The position numbers and the translations under genes were made by a program. 53,633 nt of DNA, taken from assembly GCA_963575745.1 (NCBI GenBank), contig CAUYUJ010000306.1:62001-115633 (forward strand). Reading direction: 5' to 3'. Origin of the DNA: Prorocentrum cordatum (lineage: Eukaryota). Below the pieces are notes generated by a model. The model searched no databases. It saw nothing but the letters and a program-made list of their open reading frames with translations, and was not told where the DNA came from. Positions 30,739 to 43,926 of this stretch are shown here, in pieces (the stretch's first letter is position 1; the number at the start of each line of letters is the position of its first letter).

Positions 30739-32655
30739 TTGCTCGGTCGCGGCCTCGCCGCGCGCGGCGACGACGCGGAGCAAGTCGATCAGTCGGAAGC
30801 GTTCGAACGCCCCTGGCCTGGCCCTCCGACGCGGGACCTCTTGGGATCGACCGCGCGTAGCCAGCCCGGCAAAGTTGGGGAAGGAGAAGACTGAGACAAC
30901 TTCCGAAGACGGAGACGGCGGTACCCGGCAAGCGACACCGACGAGGGGAGAAGCGTGACCGGGCCGACACCCGAGAGACGCCCAAGAGGGCCCCAGGACG
31001 GCCCCAAGAAGCACCGAAGAGGGTGAACACGAACCGACAATTCGAGCCTTCCGACAATTTACTTCCCATCGCTTTTGGAATGGGTTTGGGGTTCTCGCCT
31101 TGTCGAGCTTCCCACGCTCCAAGGTGGCCCAAGAGGCACCCAAGACCCCCCCGAGACTCCTGAAGACACCATCAAGAGAGCTCCAAAACTGTCCAAGAGG
31201 GCTCCAAGACGGCACAAGAAGCGCCCCAAAATGCCCCACAGGGAAGGGTCCCAAGACAGCCCCGAGAAGGGCGCTAAAGTGGGAACACAAATCAAGCATT
31301 CGATCCTTCTGCCCCAGAGGCCCCTGGCAGACCCCCTTGTTCTCGAATAGTTGCTACTCAGAATGCTGCGCTGGCACGGTGGCGGCATTGCCGGAGGCAG
31401 CTGCATAAGGGAGGAGGAGGAGGAGGAGGAGGAGGAGGAGGAGAGGAGGACGAGGAGGAGGAGGAGGGAGACGAGGAGGAGGAGAAGAAGGAGGAGGAAA
31501 AGGAGGAGTGGGAGGAGTGAGTGGGAGGAGGAGGAGGAGGAGGAGGAGGAGGAGGAGGAGGAGGAGGAGGAGGAGGAGGAGGAGGAGGAGGAGGAGGGAG
31601 AGGAGGAGGAGGAGGAGGAGGAGGAGGAGGAGGAGGAGGAGGAGGAGGAGGGAGGAGGGGAGGAGGAGAGGAGGGAGGAGGGAGGAGGAGGAGGAGGAGG
31701 AGGAGGAGGAGGAGGAGGAGGAGGGAGAGGAGGAGGAGGAGGAGGAGGAGGAGGAGAAGGAGGAGGAGGAGGAGAAGGAGACGAAGAAGGAGGGAGTAGG
31801 GAATGAGGAGGTCGTTGAGAAGCAGAGCGGGAGCAGGTGGTAGGAAACGTGCACCGGCAGCCCTGCAGGCAGCTCGGGCATTCCCCGAGCGGCGCAAGGT
31901 GGCCCGCCTGGCTGGGGGTGCGCTCCCGGCGCGTCCTGGCAGGGGGAGAAGATCTCGCCGACCTCGGTCCGCGCCAGCGCCACATGGGCCCCAAATGTGT
32001 GTGTCATCGTAGGAAGATCCACCTTTGCGGTCAGACTCATGACGAAGCCGAGACGAGGACAAATTCAAACTCTCGAAGGTCGGGCGGCTCCGGGAAATGC
32101 ATCGGGCGCCGCGGCCTTCTCAGAGCGTTTCGGAACGCTCTGCGAGCGTTCCGGAACGTACTGGATTTACCCTAGTCCCAGCACCGCCCGAAGACTGCCC
32201 TGACAGTGCAGAAGACGTCACCGTGCACAGCGTCAGTGCTGTTGCGACCGTGGGCGCTGACACGGTCGAAAACAAGCATGTTGTGTTATACACCACCCTT
32301 CTTTCGCGCAACACACTCAGCAACGCATTCGTGCACTGTGACTGCCCGTGCTGCGAAGGCCAGAATCAAAATGGTACTCCTCAGCATTGCCATCACCATG
32401 CCTGGGCAGGGACGTCTCTAAAACTACCAGGACCGCGCAAGGTATCACAACTTTTCGCACCGATGGCTGTGTAAACCATAACCTAGACATAATCGCACAA
32501 GTGTAGCCTCAACGACAGATGTGCCTCCTACTTCCTCCTGGTTCTGATACTCTTCCTCCTTGCTCCTCCTCCTGTCTCCTCCTCCTTCCCGTGCTCCTCC
32601 CTTTACTAATTATGGCTTGACCTTATTCTTCCTCCTCCTCCTAATCTTCATCATG

Positions 32656-32689
<34 letters not shown>

Positions 32690-33227
32690 GCAGCAGCATC
32701 ATCATCATCATCATACTCCTCCCATCCACCACTCGTCCACCCCATCTTCCTTACAATGCATTCCTCCCCGTCGCACCACCAGAAGTATTGGCACGGCGGG
32801 CCGGGCATTGAGCCTGGAACTTCCTCATAATATCTGCAAATGTGCGTATGCACGCACGTGTATATATGCACATACATATAGCAATATGTTAGCCGGCTTG
32901 GACCCCAAACTGTGTGTCTTTGGGGAATATATGTGGTGCTCTCTAGGCGACGCAATGTATGTGGTGCCATCTATGTCGAACTGTAAATGTGGGGCAAACT
33001 ACATAATGCAAGAGGGCTGTGCAACTTATGGTGTGAAATCTACGATGTGCAATGTATGTTGTGTTAAATATGTGGTGCAACAATATATGTGGTGCAATTC
33101 ACTTTGGCCGTCTTGAAGCTGTCCTCTCTACTGCTCGTGCAAACATCCCACCCTCCCAGCCGCAACTTGGTCGCAAGACTTCTTAAGACAAGACCGTGAC
33201 GGTAGGTACCACATGGCACTTGGCCAC

Positions 33228-33605
33228 GACACCGACGCCAACGACGACAGCGACAACGACGACGACGGCGCCGCCGACACCGACTACGACGACACCGCCG
33301 ACGTCGACGTCGACGAAGACGACGACGACGCCGACGCCGACGACGACGACGAAGACGACGACGACGTCGCCAACGAAGACGACGACGAGGGGAGGGAGGA
33401 CGACGACGGCGGCAACGACGACAACGACGATGGAGCAGGGAAGACGGCGACGACGCAACCGACGAAGAAGGAGGAAGGACGGCGACGCCGACGACGACAA
33501 CGACGAGGGAGGAGGGAAGACGACGACGACGACAACAACGACGAAGACGACGACGACGGCGACGACGACGATGAGGGAGGAGGATAAGGACGAGGGAGGA
33601 GTGAA

Positions 33606-33649
<44 letters not shown>

Positions 33650-33866
33650 CGACGAAATAGGAGGGACACCGACGAAACGCCGACGAAGACGACGAGGGAG
33701 GAAGGACGACCACGGCGACAACGACGACGGAAGCGACGACGACGCCAAGACGACGACGACGACAACGACGACAAGGAAAGACAGAAGACGACGACGGCGG
33801 CGACGACGACGACGACGGCGACGACGAGGGAGAAGGGAGGACGACGACGACGACGACGACGACGAC
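33228..33866. repeat. Degenerate (GAC)n microsatellite
   Basis: Direct reading. Confidence 0.95.
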
Positions 33867-33869
33867 GCA

Positions 33870-34340
33870 AGAGCGCGCGCGCGCACGCTTTTGTTGAAAA
33901 TCCGTGTTGCGAAACCTTGTGTTTTTGTAGGTTATTTGGACACACGATTTTGAAATCCTTCCGAAACCCATGGGTTTGAAGGTTTTCGGCATACGCGCGC
34001 GACGACGCGCGCGTCTGCACTTCGTCCCATTTTTTTTGCAGAGGATTCTCGCGACGGCACACGCGCAAGGGCGTTCGACAGATTTCGACATGCGCGCGCG
34101 AAGCCCGTTTAATAGCATGTTGTGAAAATCTTGAAAAACCTATGGTTTTCTTAAGATTTCGCAAGAGCTCGCGCGGAAACTTTTTTTGCAAATCAGTGTT
34201 GGGAAACCCTGTGTTTTTGTATGTGTTTTGGAAAATCGATTGCGAAATCCTTCCGGCACCGAAGGTTTTTGAAGGATTCCGGCATGCGCGCGCGACGACG
34301 CGCGCGTGTGCGCACTTCGTCCCATTTTTTGCAAGGGATT
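33870..34340. repeat. Diverged tandem duplication with a period of about 295 bp
   Basis: gaaatccttccg..gaagg..cggcat.cgcgcgcgacgacgcgcgcgt..gcacttcgtcccatttttt occurs twice (about 33950-34040 and 34243-34335). Confidence 0.8.
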
Positions 34341-37300
34341 CGTGAAAAAGTGCTATGTTAGAACAAAAAATGTCACCGCATTGTGTTTTTTACAAGGGAA
34401 CCTCAGGGAGGGGATACCGGTTGTCCTGGGACATTGTGATTTCATATTTAGGATGGACATGTGGTCAGAATCATATTTGATTTACATACCCGAAAGGGGG
34501 GGGCGATAACTCTGGGGGGGGTAGAGTCTATTCTCTTTTTAGAAAGGAGAATATATGTGGCGCACTGCCTGTGGAACTGTATATTCTGCACAATATTTGT
34601 CGTACAACCTTTGTGATGCGATATAATTGGGGCAAACAATGTTGTACAATATATGTGGTGCAACCTATGTGGAGCAAACAATATTGTGCAACATCTGTTG
34701 TGCAGTATATGTGTGGTGCAATCTGCGATGTGCGATGAATGTGGTACAATACAGGTGGAGCACTCTATGTTGTGCAATACATGTGGTGTAATTTATGTGG
34801 AACAATATGTGTGATGCAATATATGCTGAACTATGGGTGGTGCAATGTGTGTGGTGACATCTATGTGGTGCCACATGGTGTTGTGCAGTATCCTCCTCCT
34901 CCTCCTCCTCCTCCTTCTCCTCCTCCTCCTCCTCCTCCTCCTCCTCCTCCTCCTCTCAGTCTCCCTCCCAATAATTACTCTTCTCCCTCTTGCCCCCTGT
35001 ATTGTTTCTTCCCCTCAACCACAGCGCTCCACCTGCCCCCCGCGACCTCAGCAGGCCGCCCCCACCCCCCAGCCTTCCCCAGAGGGGCACTGAGCAAGCG
35101 GCCCATCCGAGCACCTCGTCCACCAGCACGTCCCCCAACTTCCACACCTCGTCACCAGAGAACCGCGCCCCCGCGGTGATGGAGGTGGAGGCGCGCACGT
35201 CCCAGTCCTTCCCGGGGGCCCCCCAGGCGGGCCGGTGAGCGCACGGTCGATCCTCCATGGCATTAATCGGTCGAGCTGCCCTGTGCTCAAGCGTGGAGGC
35301 CCCTTGTTCGCTGCGCCCGATCGTGCGATCTGGGTCTGGCCGTGTGACAAGCTCTGGCTGTGGCCGACCCCCTGCTCTGCAGAACTGCCAAGCATCTGAG
35401 ACGCCTGCAGCCCACAGCCCCGACAAAGCCCGCCCGCCTGCCGGACATTAATCGAGGTCACCCGCCGTGAGCCGTGGACGCAGGACGACAAGCCCCTCTC
35501 GCCCACGGAGAGACCGAGAGATAGCGCGCCTGCAAGATCACAGGCCAGGAGGGTAAGGCAAAGTCTGGCCTGCGGGCCTGGAGCCCGCGCCGAGACGAGA
35601 GAAAAGGAGGGAGAAGCCCGCCACTGGAGGGGGATGAAGGGCAGGAAGGCAAGATACGCCCTCCCCCACGTCGTCGCCCTCGACGCCTCCTCTCGTCTGC
35701 TTCGTCGTCCTTCGACCTGAAGTGCTCGTGGCGCCAGACCCCGGCTCGGCGGAGGGACGGCGCAAGAGATGGCCTCCCCGACGCGGGTAGCCTGGAAGGG
35801 CAAGGGGCCTCTCCTATTACGCCCCTCCCTCCTCTGTTTCCTTCGCCCCTCTCTTCGCCTTCGAGTCCCCCCCTTGCCTCTCAGGGGCCGCGCTGAACCC
35901 CCAGGCTGAGCAGTCCCGTTCTCACCGCTCTGCTTCTGCAGGAGACTGCCAGACCACCAGCAGAGCTCCAGGGCCGGAGCGCGCGGACAGCCCGAAACCG
36001 GCGCGAGGCGAGGGGCGCAGGTGGTAATGCCGCGCGGGAGCGGGCGGCGAGCAGGGGCAGCCAGCATGGCTCAAGCGCTCCTCCCCAGAGCGTCACCAAA
36101 ACGTCCTCCCCAAGACGTCTTCCCCAGAGCGTCACCAAAGCGCTCTCCCCACTCGCAGAGATCGCCTTGAGGTGCTCGCCACTGTGACGTAGGCACTGCG
36201 TGGAGTGGCCTCGGCCCTCCTGCCTCCCCCTCCTGCAGCGGCGACTAGCCAGCGGCGGCGGCAGTCGCCAGAGAGGAGGAGGAGGAGGAGGAGGAGGAGA
36301 AGGAGGAGGAGGAGGAGGAGGAGGCAGAGGGGCCCAAGAGGCAGAGGGGCCCAAGACGGCCCAGGCGGGCCCCAATACGGCCCAAAAGGCTTCCAAAAGC
36401 GCCCCAAGAGGAGCTCAAGACGGAGAAGGCGAAGGGGCGTTGAGAGTTTTTCCCCCAGATATTCCCCGCTAGGACACCCAACATGCCCCGAAGAGCCCGC
36501 CCGGACACCCAACATGCCCCGAAGAGGCTGCCCAGAGGCCCCCGAGAGGTTCCAAGGGCCACCTCAACAGGCCTCCAAGAAGCCCCCGAGAAGCATCCCA
36601 AGAGACCCCAGCGGGCGGGACTGGCGGAAGGCCACTGGGCAGACGTTGCTGACAGAGACACGGACGGCGTCCAACACCTTGAACAGCCTCGGCCAACTGG
36701 CCAATCCCCTGGCAATTCCTCCAGGCCAACCATGCACTACATAGTTTCGTCAAGTGTTCTTGGTAATCAGTTTTTGGGGCAGGTGTCAGTGGCTAACCAG
36801 GGGCGACACCCCCTCCTGGGTGCGCGCGTCCCCCAGAGACCGCCCCCTCTAAGACGAGCCAAAACCCCTGTCAGCAAAGCTCCGAGACAACATCGAGACC
36901 CGACCTTACGGCCGCAACGAAAGCCTTACCGTGCTCGAAGGGCCCCAAACAAGCTCTCAAGTGTCCCCGAAAGGCCCCAAGAAGACCCCAAGGGGCACCC
37001 AAGAAGTTCAGATCGCGGCCATGGGACAACCAAATTCTGGAAAACGTGCATGAGTGATGTTGCCATGCTTCCAACAGACTTCGACCAAAGATGGTCGCGG
37101 ACAGGTTTCAGGGAGACCCTAAAAAACCCCTAAGAAAGCCCAAGACGACCACAAGAAGTCCTCAAGGACCCAAGGGCCCCCCAAAGACGGCCAAGACTGC
37201 CCCAAGAGGGCTCCAAATTGGCCCCTAAACCCGCCCAGACGACACCAAGATAGTTCAACCGACCCCCTTTCCAAGACAGACTAACCCTCCAGTGACTACA

Positions 37301-37547
37301 AGAGTCCCACAAAAGACCCCTAGAACCCTTGAATCAGGCCCAAGGAGGCAACAAACAATCACGCAATGTTACGGCCGGGCCACGCTACCACGTTGCGATA
37401 ATTCCTGTATGAGCCATGTATGCACGTGCATATGATTGCGTCGCCGACAAGTTGGCGGGGCTTCACGCAACCACTGGGTAGATTCAACAACGTCTTAGAT
37501 TAGCTCGAGCAACTATAGTTTTCAACAAATGTTTCAAACACTTTTTT

Positions 37548-37664
<117 letters not shown>

Positions 37665-38078
37665 GAGCGGGATTTCGAAAGGATCTCGAAACAAACAAGA
37701 TATGCTTGTCAAGGGTGGAAAGAATACAACTGGCAAAGGCTGGAAAAAACTGAAAGATTGGTCTCGTCCGCTTTTGTCGGATTCCATCAACAGCCGAAGC
37801 CTGGCCAGAAGGAGCCTTCGAAAGGAAACCGGACAAGTGCGCGGTCCAGCGCAGCCAAGACGCACAATAAGTGCCCGAGGAGAGACCTAAGAAAGGATCT
37901 AGCGAACCCCGAACCCCCGCTGAAACCAAAGCAGCACAATTTCCAACGCTTCGACTTCACAAGTTTGCATGTCCTTGCGCAGCGAGAGAGAGAGAGAGAG
38001 TGAGAGAGTGAGAGAGAGAGAGAGCCGTGCACGTCCAGGGTGCATTGGCAGTAGTGGCACTCGGGCTCATACCAGTGC

Positions 38079-41000
38079 TCAGAAGCAGAGGCGCCTGGCA
38101 GCTGCGCGCCACGCGCGTGCGGAACCTTGCCACAAGTCTTGCAGAGGTGCTGGTCCACCTGCTGCCTGGCATGCGAGGTCGCACACGCAGCGGTTCCATT
38201 TATTTCTGGGCCGGCCGCGCTTGCGGGGGCCACGCGGGCGGGCTAGGTCAAAACCCCCCGGCGTGAAAACGCAGCGCCTCACTGCACTGCCGCCCGGTTG
38301 CCGCGCAACGTCTCCCATCAGGACCAGTTGTCTGTACGCCAGCAGAGAGCTCAACTTTTTACACCCGCATGTACCAAGCACGGTCTCGCTGGTGATGTGG
38401 CTCACGTACGAATGCCCTATGCCGGCAACTTTTCGCAGGCACCGTGCTTGGAATGCGCTCAACTTGTTCTCCTCGGCCTTGTTGGTCCACACGGTGCGCA
38501 AACAGTACATGCGTTTGGATGCGACGCATGCTTCAAATATGCGCACCTTCTTTGACAACGGTATCTTACAATGCTTCCAAACACGGCATAGCGTACTGAA
38601 GTCTGCCGCTGCCATGCCCAAGCGTCTGCTCAGCTCGGGGCTGCTTCCTCCGCTGGCAGTCAGGAGGCCGCCCAGATAGACCATGCTCTCCTTGCACGGC
38701 ACTGCTGCGCCGCCCGGTCTAGTCAACGTGGTCTGGCACCGAATTGGCATAGCTTCTATCTTGCTCCAATTTAATGCCAGGCCGTAGTGCTTCCCCGCTT
38801 CCTGGATGCACATCATGAGCGCGCTCACGAACTCACCGTTGGTGCCAACCACGAGCGCGTCGTCCGCGTAAATCAACTCGCTGACCGGAAGACGCCCCTC
38901 CTGAGCGAAGCCCTGCCGCTTGAAACCATCCGCGGCGTCGCGCATCAGGGCGGTCATCACGATGGAGAACAGGAACGGCGACAAAGGGCACCCCTGCGAG
39001 ATGCCGTACTCTTGCGTCCAAGACTCGGACACAGCTCCGGCCTCACGCACCCTGAACGACCAGTTTGTGTAAATCGCCCTGACGCATTCGGAAAATTGCG
39101 TGGGTACGCCGAATCGCCGTAGAGTTTGCAATCAACCCACTGGTGATACACTGTCGAAGGCCTTTGCCCAGTCCAATGCCAAGAAGACCACCTGGCCGGA
39201 GCGGGAATCCCACGTAGCTTCGATAACCTTTCTCGGGCGACAAATAAAGCGTCCGCCGTGCCGCGGCCACTTCTGAAGCCGCACTGCGTGCCCCAGATTC
39301 GACGCTCTGCCCCCGCGCCCTTTAGCCGAACAAGTAAGATCATGGCATACAGCTTGTACCCAATCGGTAGCAGGGATATAGGCCTGTAGTTGGCACAGTC
39401 CGCAACGTCGCCCTTCTCATAGACCGCGGCGACGAGCGCTTCGTGCCACGCTGCGGGAACGGACTGCTCATCCATGCACCTGTTGCACAACGCTGTAACC
39501 CATTCCACCGCTGGAGTGTCTGGCATGCGAATCGTCTTCCAGAACTCCGCCGGGATGTCGTCACTGCCTGGCGCTTTCTTCCGTTTGAGCTGGCGGGCTG
39601 CCTCGCGCACCTCCTCCGGGCTGATTCGGCCGCATTCGACGGGTCGTCGACGACGGTCGTCGGCCGCACAGCCCATTGAACCTTGGAGAAGTATTCCGCC
39701 AAAGTTTCGGCCCTCAGGTCTCTGTCCACTTGATGCCCTCGCGAATCCCGCATGCGTCCTTGCTGCTTTTGTGGGCCTTTCCTGAGCTTCCTGATCTCTG
39801 TCCGATCACCAGAGGCCAGCATTTCGTCCAGCCATTTGCCACGGTCAGCTTTCACAGCAGCTTTGATCCTGCCGCGCAGTCGCTTCTCAGCCTCGTAGTC
39901 GCCACTCTGTCGTGCATCTCCCCGCAAAGCAATCAACTGTAGAGTAGCCGCACTGACCCATGGCCTGTTCTTGGTGCCCATCACTTCCGGCAGACATTTC
40001 CGCGCAGCGTCGGCGAAAGCGTCCACCATGGTGGCGTTGAGCTGGTCTATCGCGCCCTCCAAGGGGCCCCCGTTTCTCATGCGATCCACGAAAGCACGCT
40101 GGAATGCCGATGCCGGTGGGCCACGCGAGAGCGCTGCGACATCCAGGCGGGCAGCGCGCTGCCGGGCAACTTTCGGACTGCCCATGCACAGGTAGCATTG
40201 CAAGAGAAAGTGATGCGATGCCAGAGCGGCACCCCGCACAGAATAAACGTCTCGAACGTGTTCTTGAAGCTGGCGCGAGGCCAATTAGAAGTCGATCTGG
40301 CCGGAATGCTCCGGCATGGCTGGATCTGATGGCCGGGACCCGACATTGTAGCATGCGACTTGCTCATCAGGCCGGCGCTCGAAGAACGTGTTGCTGACCG
40401 CCAAGTCGCGGGACATGCACAGCTCCAGCAAGAAGCTCCTGTTCGACTCCGGATTGAACTCCGCAGCGGGGTTGCCAGAGATGCACGGTCCCACATACTC
40501 CTCCTCATAAGGAAAACGTTTATGAAGTCTCGCAATGAAATCCCCCAGCAATAGCTTGCCTCCGTGCGCGGACACGTTACGAACCATCACATCCAGAGCA
40601 TGGTAGAATTCGCATCTCTCTGCCACTGGCTTGCCGCTGTGGGGCGCGTATATGCTGAAGATGGGTAGTTTTCCTCCTCACACCCGTGTTTTGGCGAAGG
40701 CGACCCTGGAGGATATCATCCGGAATCCAATAATGCTCTCGCGAATGCGTGGCGAAAATAAGGAACCCACCCCTGCTGCATCTTGATCGTCAGGATCTCC
40801 AGATAGCACTAATAAGTAGCCCCTGTTGGTCACAGTATATGTTGACTCGTATTTGTGTGTCTCCTGGAGTGCCAAAACATCCATTCCCAGACTCCCCATC
40901 AGAATGTGTAGTTCCTCCAGCTTCGTCTCTGCAAGCCCCTCGATGTTCCAAGAGCCAACGGCGACGTCCGTAGCGCAAGGGCGCAACCGCCCACCTCGGA

Positions 41001-41181
41001 AGTCTGGATCACCCTCTCCAGGTAAAGCTGTCCATGATGAATTCCGTGTTGTGGTGCTTGTGCTTGTACTCGTCGCGTGCAAGTTTGTTGAAGAAGTCGT
41101 ATGGCAATGTGCTGCAGCTGAGCCAACTGCGGACGCCGATACACTAGACATGCAATCCAAATTCTTTAACCGATAGTTCAT
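38079..41181 (-). pseudogene. LINE ORF2 (apurinic-like endonuclease plus RT) broken by frameshifts and an in-frame stop at 40285
   Basis: GSWNIEG..LALQETH; LLGDF; GQIDF; SHH; KAPGSDDIPAE; NYRPISLL; QCGFR; GISQGCPLSPFLF; YADD; RKRGRPRNKW, spread over five ORF pieces. Confidence 0.92.
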
Positions 41182-41232
41182 AGAAGCAGTATTGCCGGCT
41201 GCGGGTGAAACGTCGTGGCCGTGAGCAGCGAG

Positions 41233-42264
41233 TCAATGGTTGCTGACCCCTCGCCCCCCTCCCTTGGCCTCGCCCTTGGTGCCCTTCATGCCCTTTGCCC
41301 CCTTCATGCCGGCGGACGCCCGGGCCAGCAGGTCGTTGCACGTGTTCCCCAGCTCTTTGACGGCGGCGTGGTCGTGCAGCTCCTTCCACGTAGCCCACTC
41401 CCCGTGCCACTCGTGGACAACGCCGTCTGAAGACACATGCACTGTCAGAGCATGTTCTCCGCCTACCGTCATGATATACGGGGCCTCCTCCGTGATGGAG
41501 ATGGCGTACGGGACGGTCCACTCCGTCTTGAGAAGGCGCTTGAGTCCGAAGCAATAGTTTCTGGCAGCGCGATCTGCTGGGAACCTATCCTGGCTGGCCC
41601 AGACACGCTTCTGGCCACTGTGTAGGCCCGCACGCCGGAGCAGCTCAACAGCAGGATCCCGCTCAGCCGAAGAAACGAACTCCGCGAAGAGGATCCCCTT
41701 GAACTCGCCCTTGCTGTAGATATTCGTGGGCAGAGGGGCGCCCAAGGTCTGCAGCTTGTCCTTGGTCCAGGTCATCGCGTCCTCCAGGTTAGTGAGCCCG
41801 TCAAGGTTCCCCATGACCGCCGTCAAGGCCCGCCTGTCCGTGTACCCCCCCGGTGGAGACCTCGAGGTAGGTTGGACAGGAGTCTCATGCACATATTTCT
41901 GAATGCACTCACGGATCTTACTCTCGAAGCGGTCGTCGTCCATGCCCTGGTGTTTCTGCAGGTCTTCGTACGTCGACTCGAGCTTCTCCACCCTCACGTC
42001 GGTTACGGTGATGCGCTTCTCCAGGGACTCCAGGCGCTCGAACAGCGCGGTGCTCAGGTCTGTGATGTTGGTGTCCATCTTGGCACACTTCTTCTGCAGC
42101 TGCGACACGGCCGAAGTGACTGGCGCGAGCTGCTGCTGGAAGAGTGTCGCCATGGCTGCCATGGTCACCGGCTCCTGCGCGGATATGTAGTCTTCCTTGA
42201 CCTCCTCCTTCTCCTCCTCCTCATCCATGCGGTAGTAGGTCGCCTCTGCATGCTCCCTCGCCAA
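41233..42264 (-). CDS. LINE ORF1-like protein (coiled coil plus RRM-like); may start at 42475 with a frameshift
   Basis: 343-aa ORF; heptad-like LFERLESLEKRITVTDVRVEKLE; KGILFAEFVSSAERD; directly upstream of the endonuclease. Confidence 0.75.
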   Translation of the reverse strand: MAREHAEATYYRMDEEEEKEEVKEDYISAQEPVTMAAMATLFQQQLAPVTSAVSQLQKKCAKMDTNITDLSTALFERLESLEKRITVTDVRVEKLESTYEDLQKHQGMDDDRFESKIRECIQKYVHETPVQPTSRSPPGGYTDRRALTAVMGNLDGLTNLEDAMTWTKDKLQTLGAPLPTNIYSKGEFKGILFAEFVSSAERDPAVELLRRAGLHSGQKRVWASQDRFPADRAARNYCFGLKRLLKTEWTVPYAISITEEAPYIMTVGGEHALTVHVSSDGVVHEWHGEWATWKELHDHAAVKELGNTCNDLLARASAGMKGAKGMKGTKGEAKGGGRGVSNH

Positions 42265-42699
42265 GCAGTGGCGAGTGGGGTCCTTGTCCCGTGCGGGCGA
42301 ACTTCATCTTCTCCCACGGGTTCATGGTGAGCACGTCGCGGACAGGAGTACCTGCAAGGCGAGTGCTCCGAGGCCCTGGAGGTGGGGACTGGACTCCGAC
42401 ATCGCTCAGGACTTTCGTCAGCTCAGCCTCAAGGTTCAAAAGGACACGTGTGCCATCGGCGCTGGAGGACGCCATCGGGGCTGCGAAATGAACGATAGGT
42501 TCCCGGGCACGGGTCTCGAAGGCGTCCCGGACACGGGTCTTTGAGGGGTCTTTGAGGGGTCTTGAGGGGTCTTGAGCCAGAACTTGAGCCAGAACTTGAG
42601 CGTTATTCCAAAAGTGGCTTGAAAGGCACGCTGCACGGCATCTCGTGTCTTGAGTGAGAGATTTTCCCGCCCGACCTGCCCGTCCTCCTCCTCCTCGTG

Positions 42700-43092
<393 letters not shown>

Positions 43093-43463
43093 ATTTCCTT
43101 CTCTTCCCCCACACACACACACACACCCATTCGCTCCCATGTTGCTCATGTTCTTCTGCCTCAGCGGAGGTCCTGGCGCCCACGAAGCTCGAGCCGCTCC
43201 CTCCAAATCTTCCAATCGCCCTCGCAGCCCGCGATACCGTGCACGAGGACGAAGAGCTGCAGGGGAGACGCCCTGGGTGCGCGGCTGGCATCAGACCGCG
43301 GCTGCCCCGCATCAGGGCGAGAGCGGAGTTATGGAAAGAGTGCGCGCTGCAAGACGTGGGCATGGGGGCGATCGCTTGGCTGGAGTGGGACCTGGGAGCC
43401 AGACTGAACATGGGGAGGGCTTGCGCTGAGGGGATCCTCTCGTGGTGAAACTCCGAAAAGCTC

Positions 43464-43926
43464 TTGGCGTTTCAGAAGGGACGTTTCCGCTCTCTCTTCT
43501 GTAACGCGATCTATACCAGGACTGGTGCTGGATTATTAAGTTATGTTGTCGGCACTATTCGCGAGCTGTGCCACGAGAGTGAGGGCACCCTCCGTCACCA
43601 CCTCTGGGAGTGCCCAGCTTGTCACGACCTCAGGAAGGTCAGTGTGCCTGCTGAGGTCAGGAAGTGGACCTCCGAGGCCGACGACACGTCGGCGTGCTTC
43701 GGCATGTTTCCCCACCCAGGAGATCGGTGTCCCCAGCCCCTCTTCGAAGGAGGTATGGTCACTGGTACTAGCGAGGGTTACGAAAAAAACCATGTGTGAC
43801 ACATACTTCGCGGGACACGTGTTTGCAGACAGATCGTGCCTCCGGCATAAAGGTGCCCGAGCTCTCGCGCGCAGGGCGGGCCGCCACGTTGCTGGGCCCA
43901 AGCACGACACAAGAGATGGTTCGTAA
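43464..43926 (+). pseudogene. Relic of the 3' part of another non-LTR ORF2 (Zn-finger and start of an RNase H-like domain)
   Basis: LCHESEGTLRHHLWECP resembles the HxxWxC finger downstream of non-LTR RT; FADRSC..RRAG in the next frame resembles FTDGS..AG. Confidence 0.5.

Larger units (their letters stand above)
37984..42660 (-). mobile_element. Decayed non-LTR retrotransposon (APE-type LINE with RTE-like RT C-terminus), near full length
   Basis: ORF1 followed by fragmented APE-RT ORF2 on the minus strand; ends at a (GA)n tract at 37984-38024. Ends are approximate and no TSD was identified. Confidence 0.88.

Noticed and set aside
32120..32400. Signal-peptide-like start MVMAMLRSTILILAFAA on the minus strand
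   Set aside because: Stops after about 37 codons; no recognisable domain or splice evidence.
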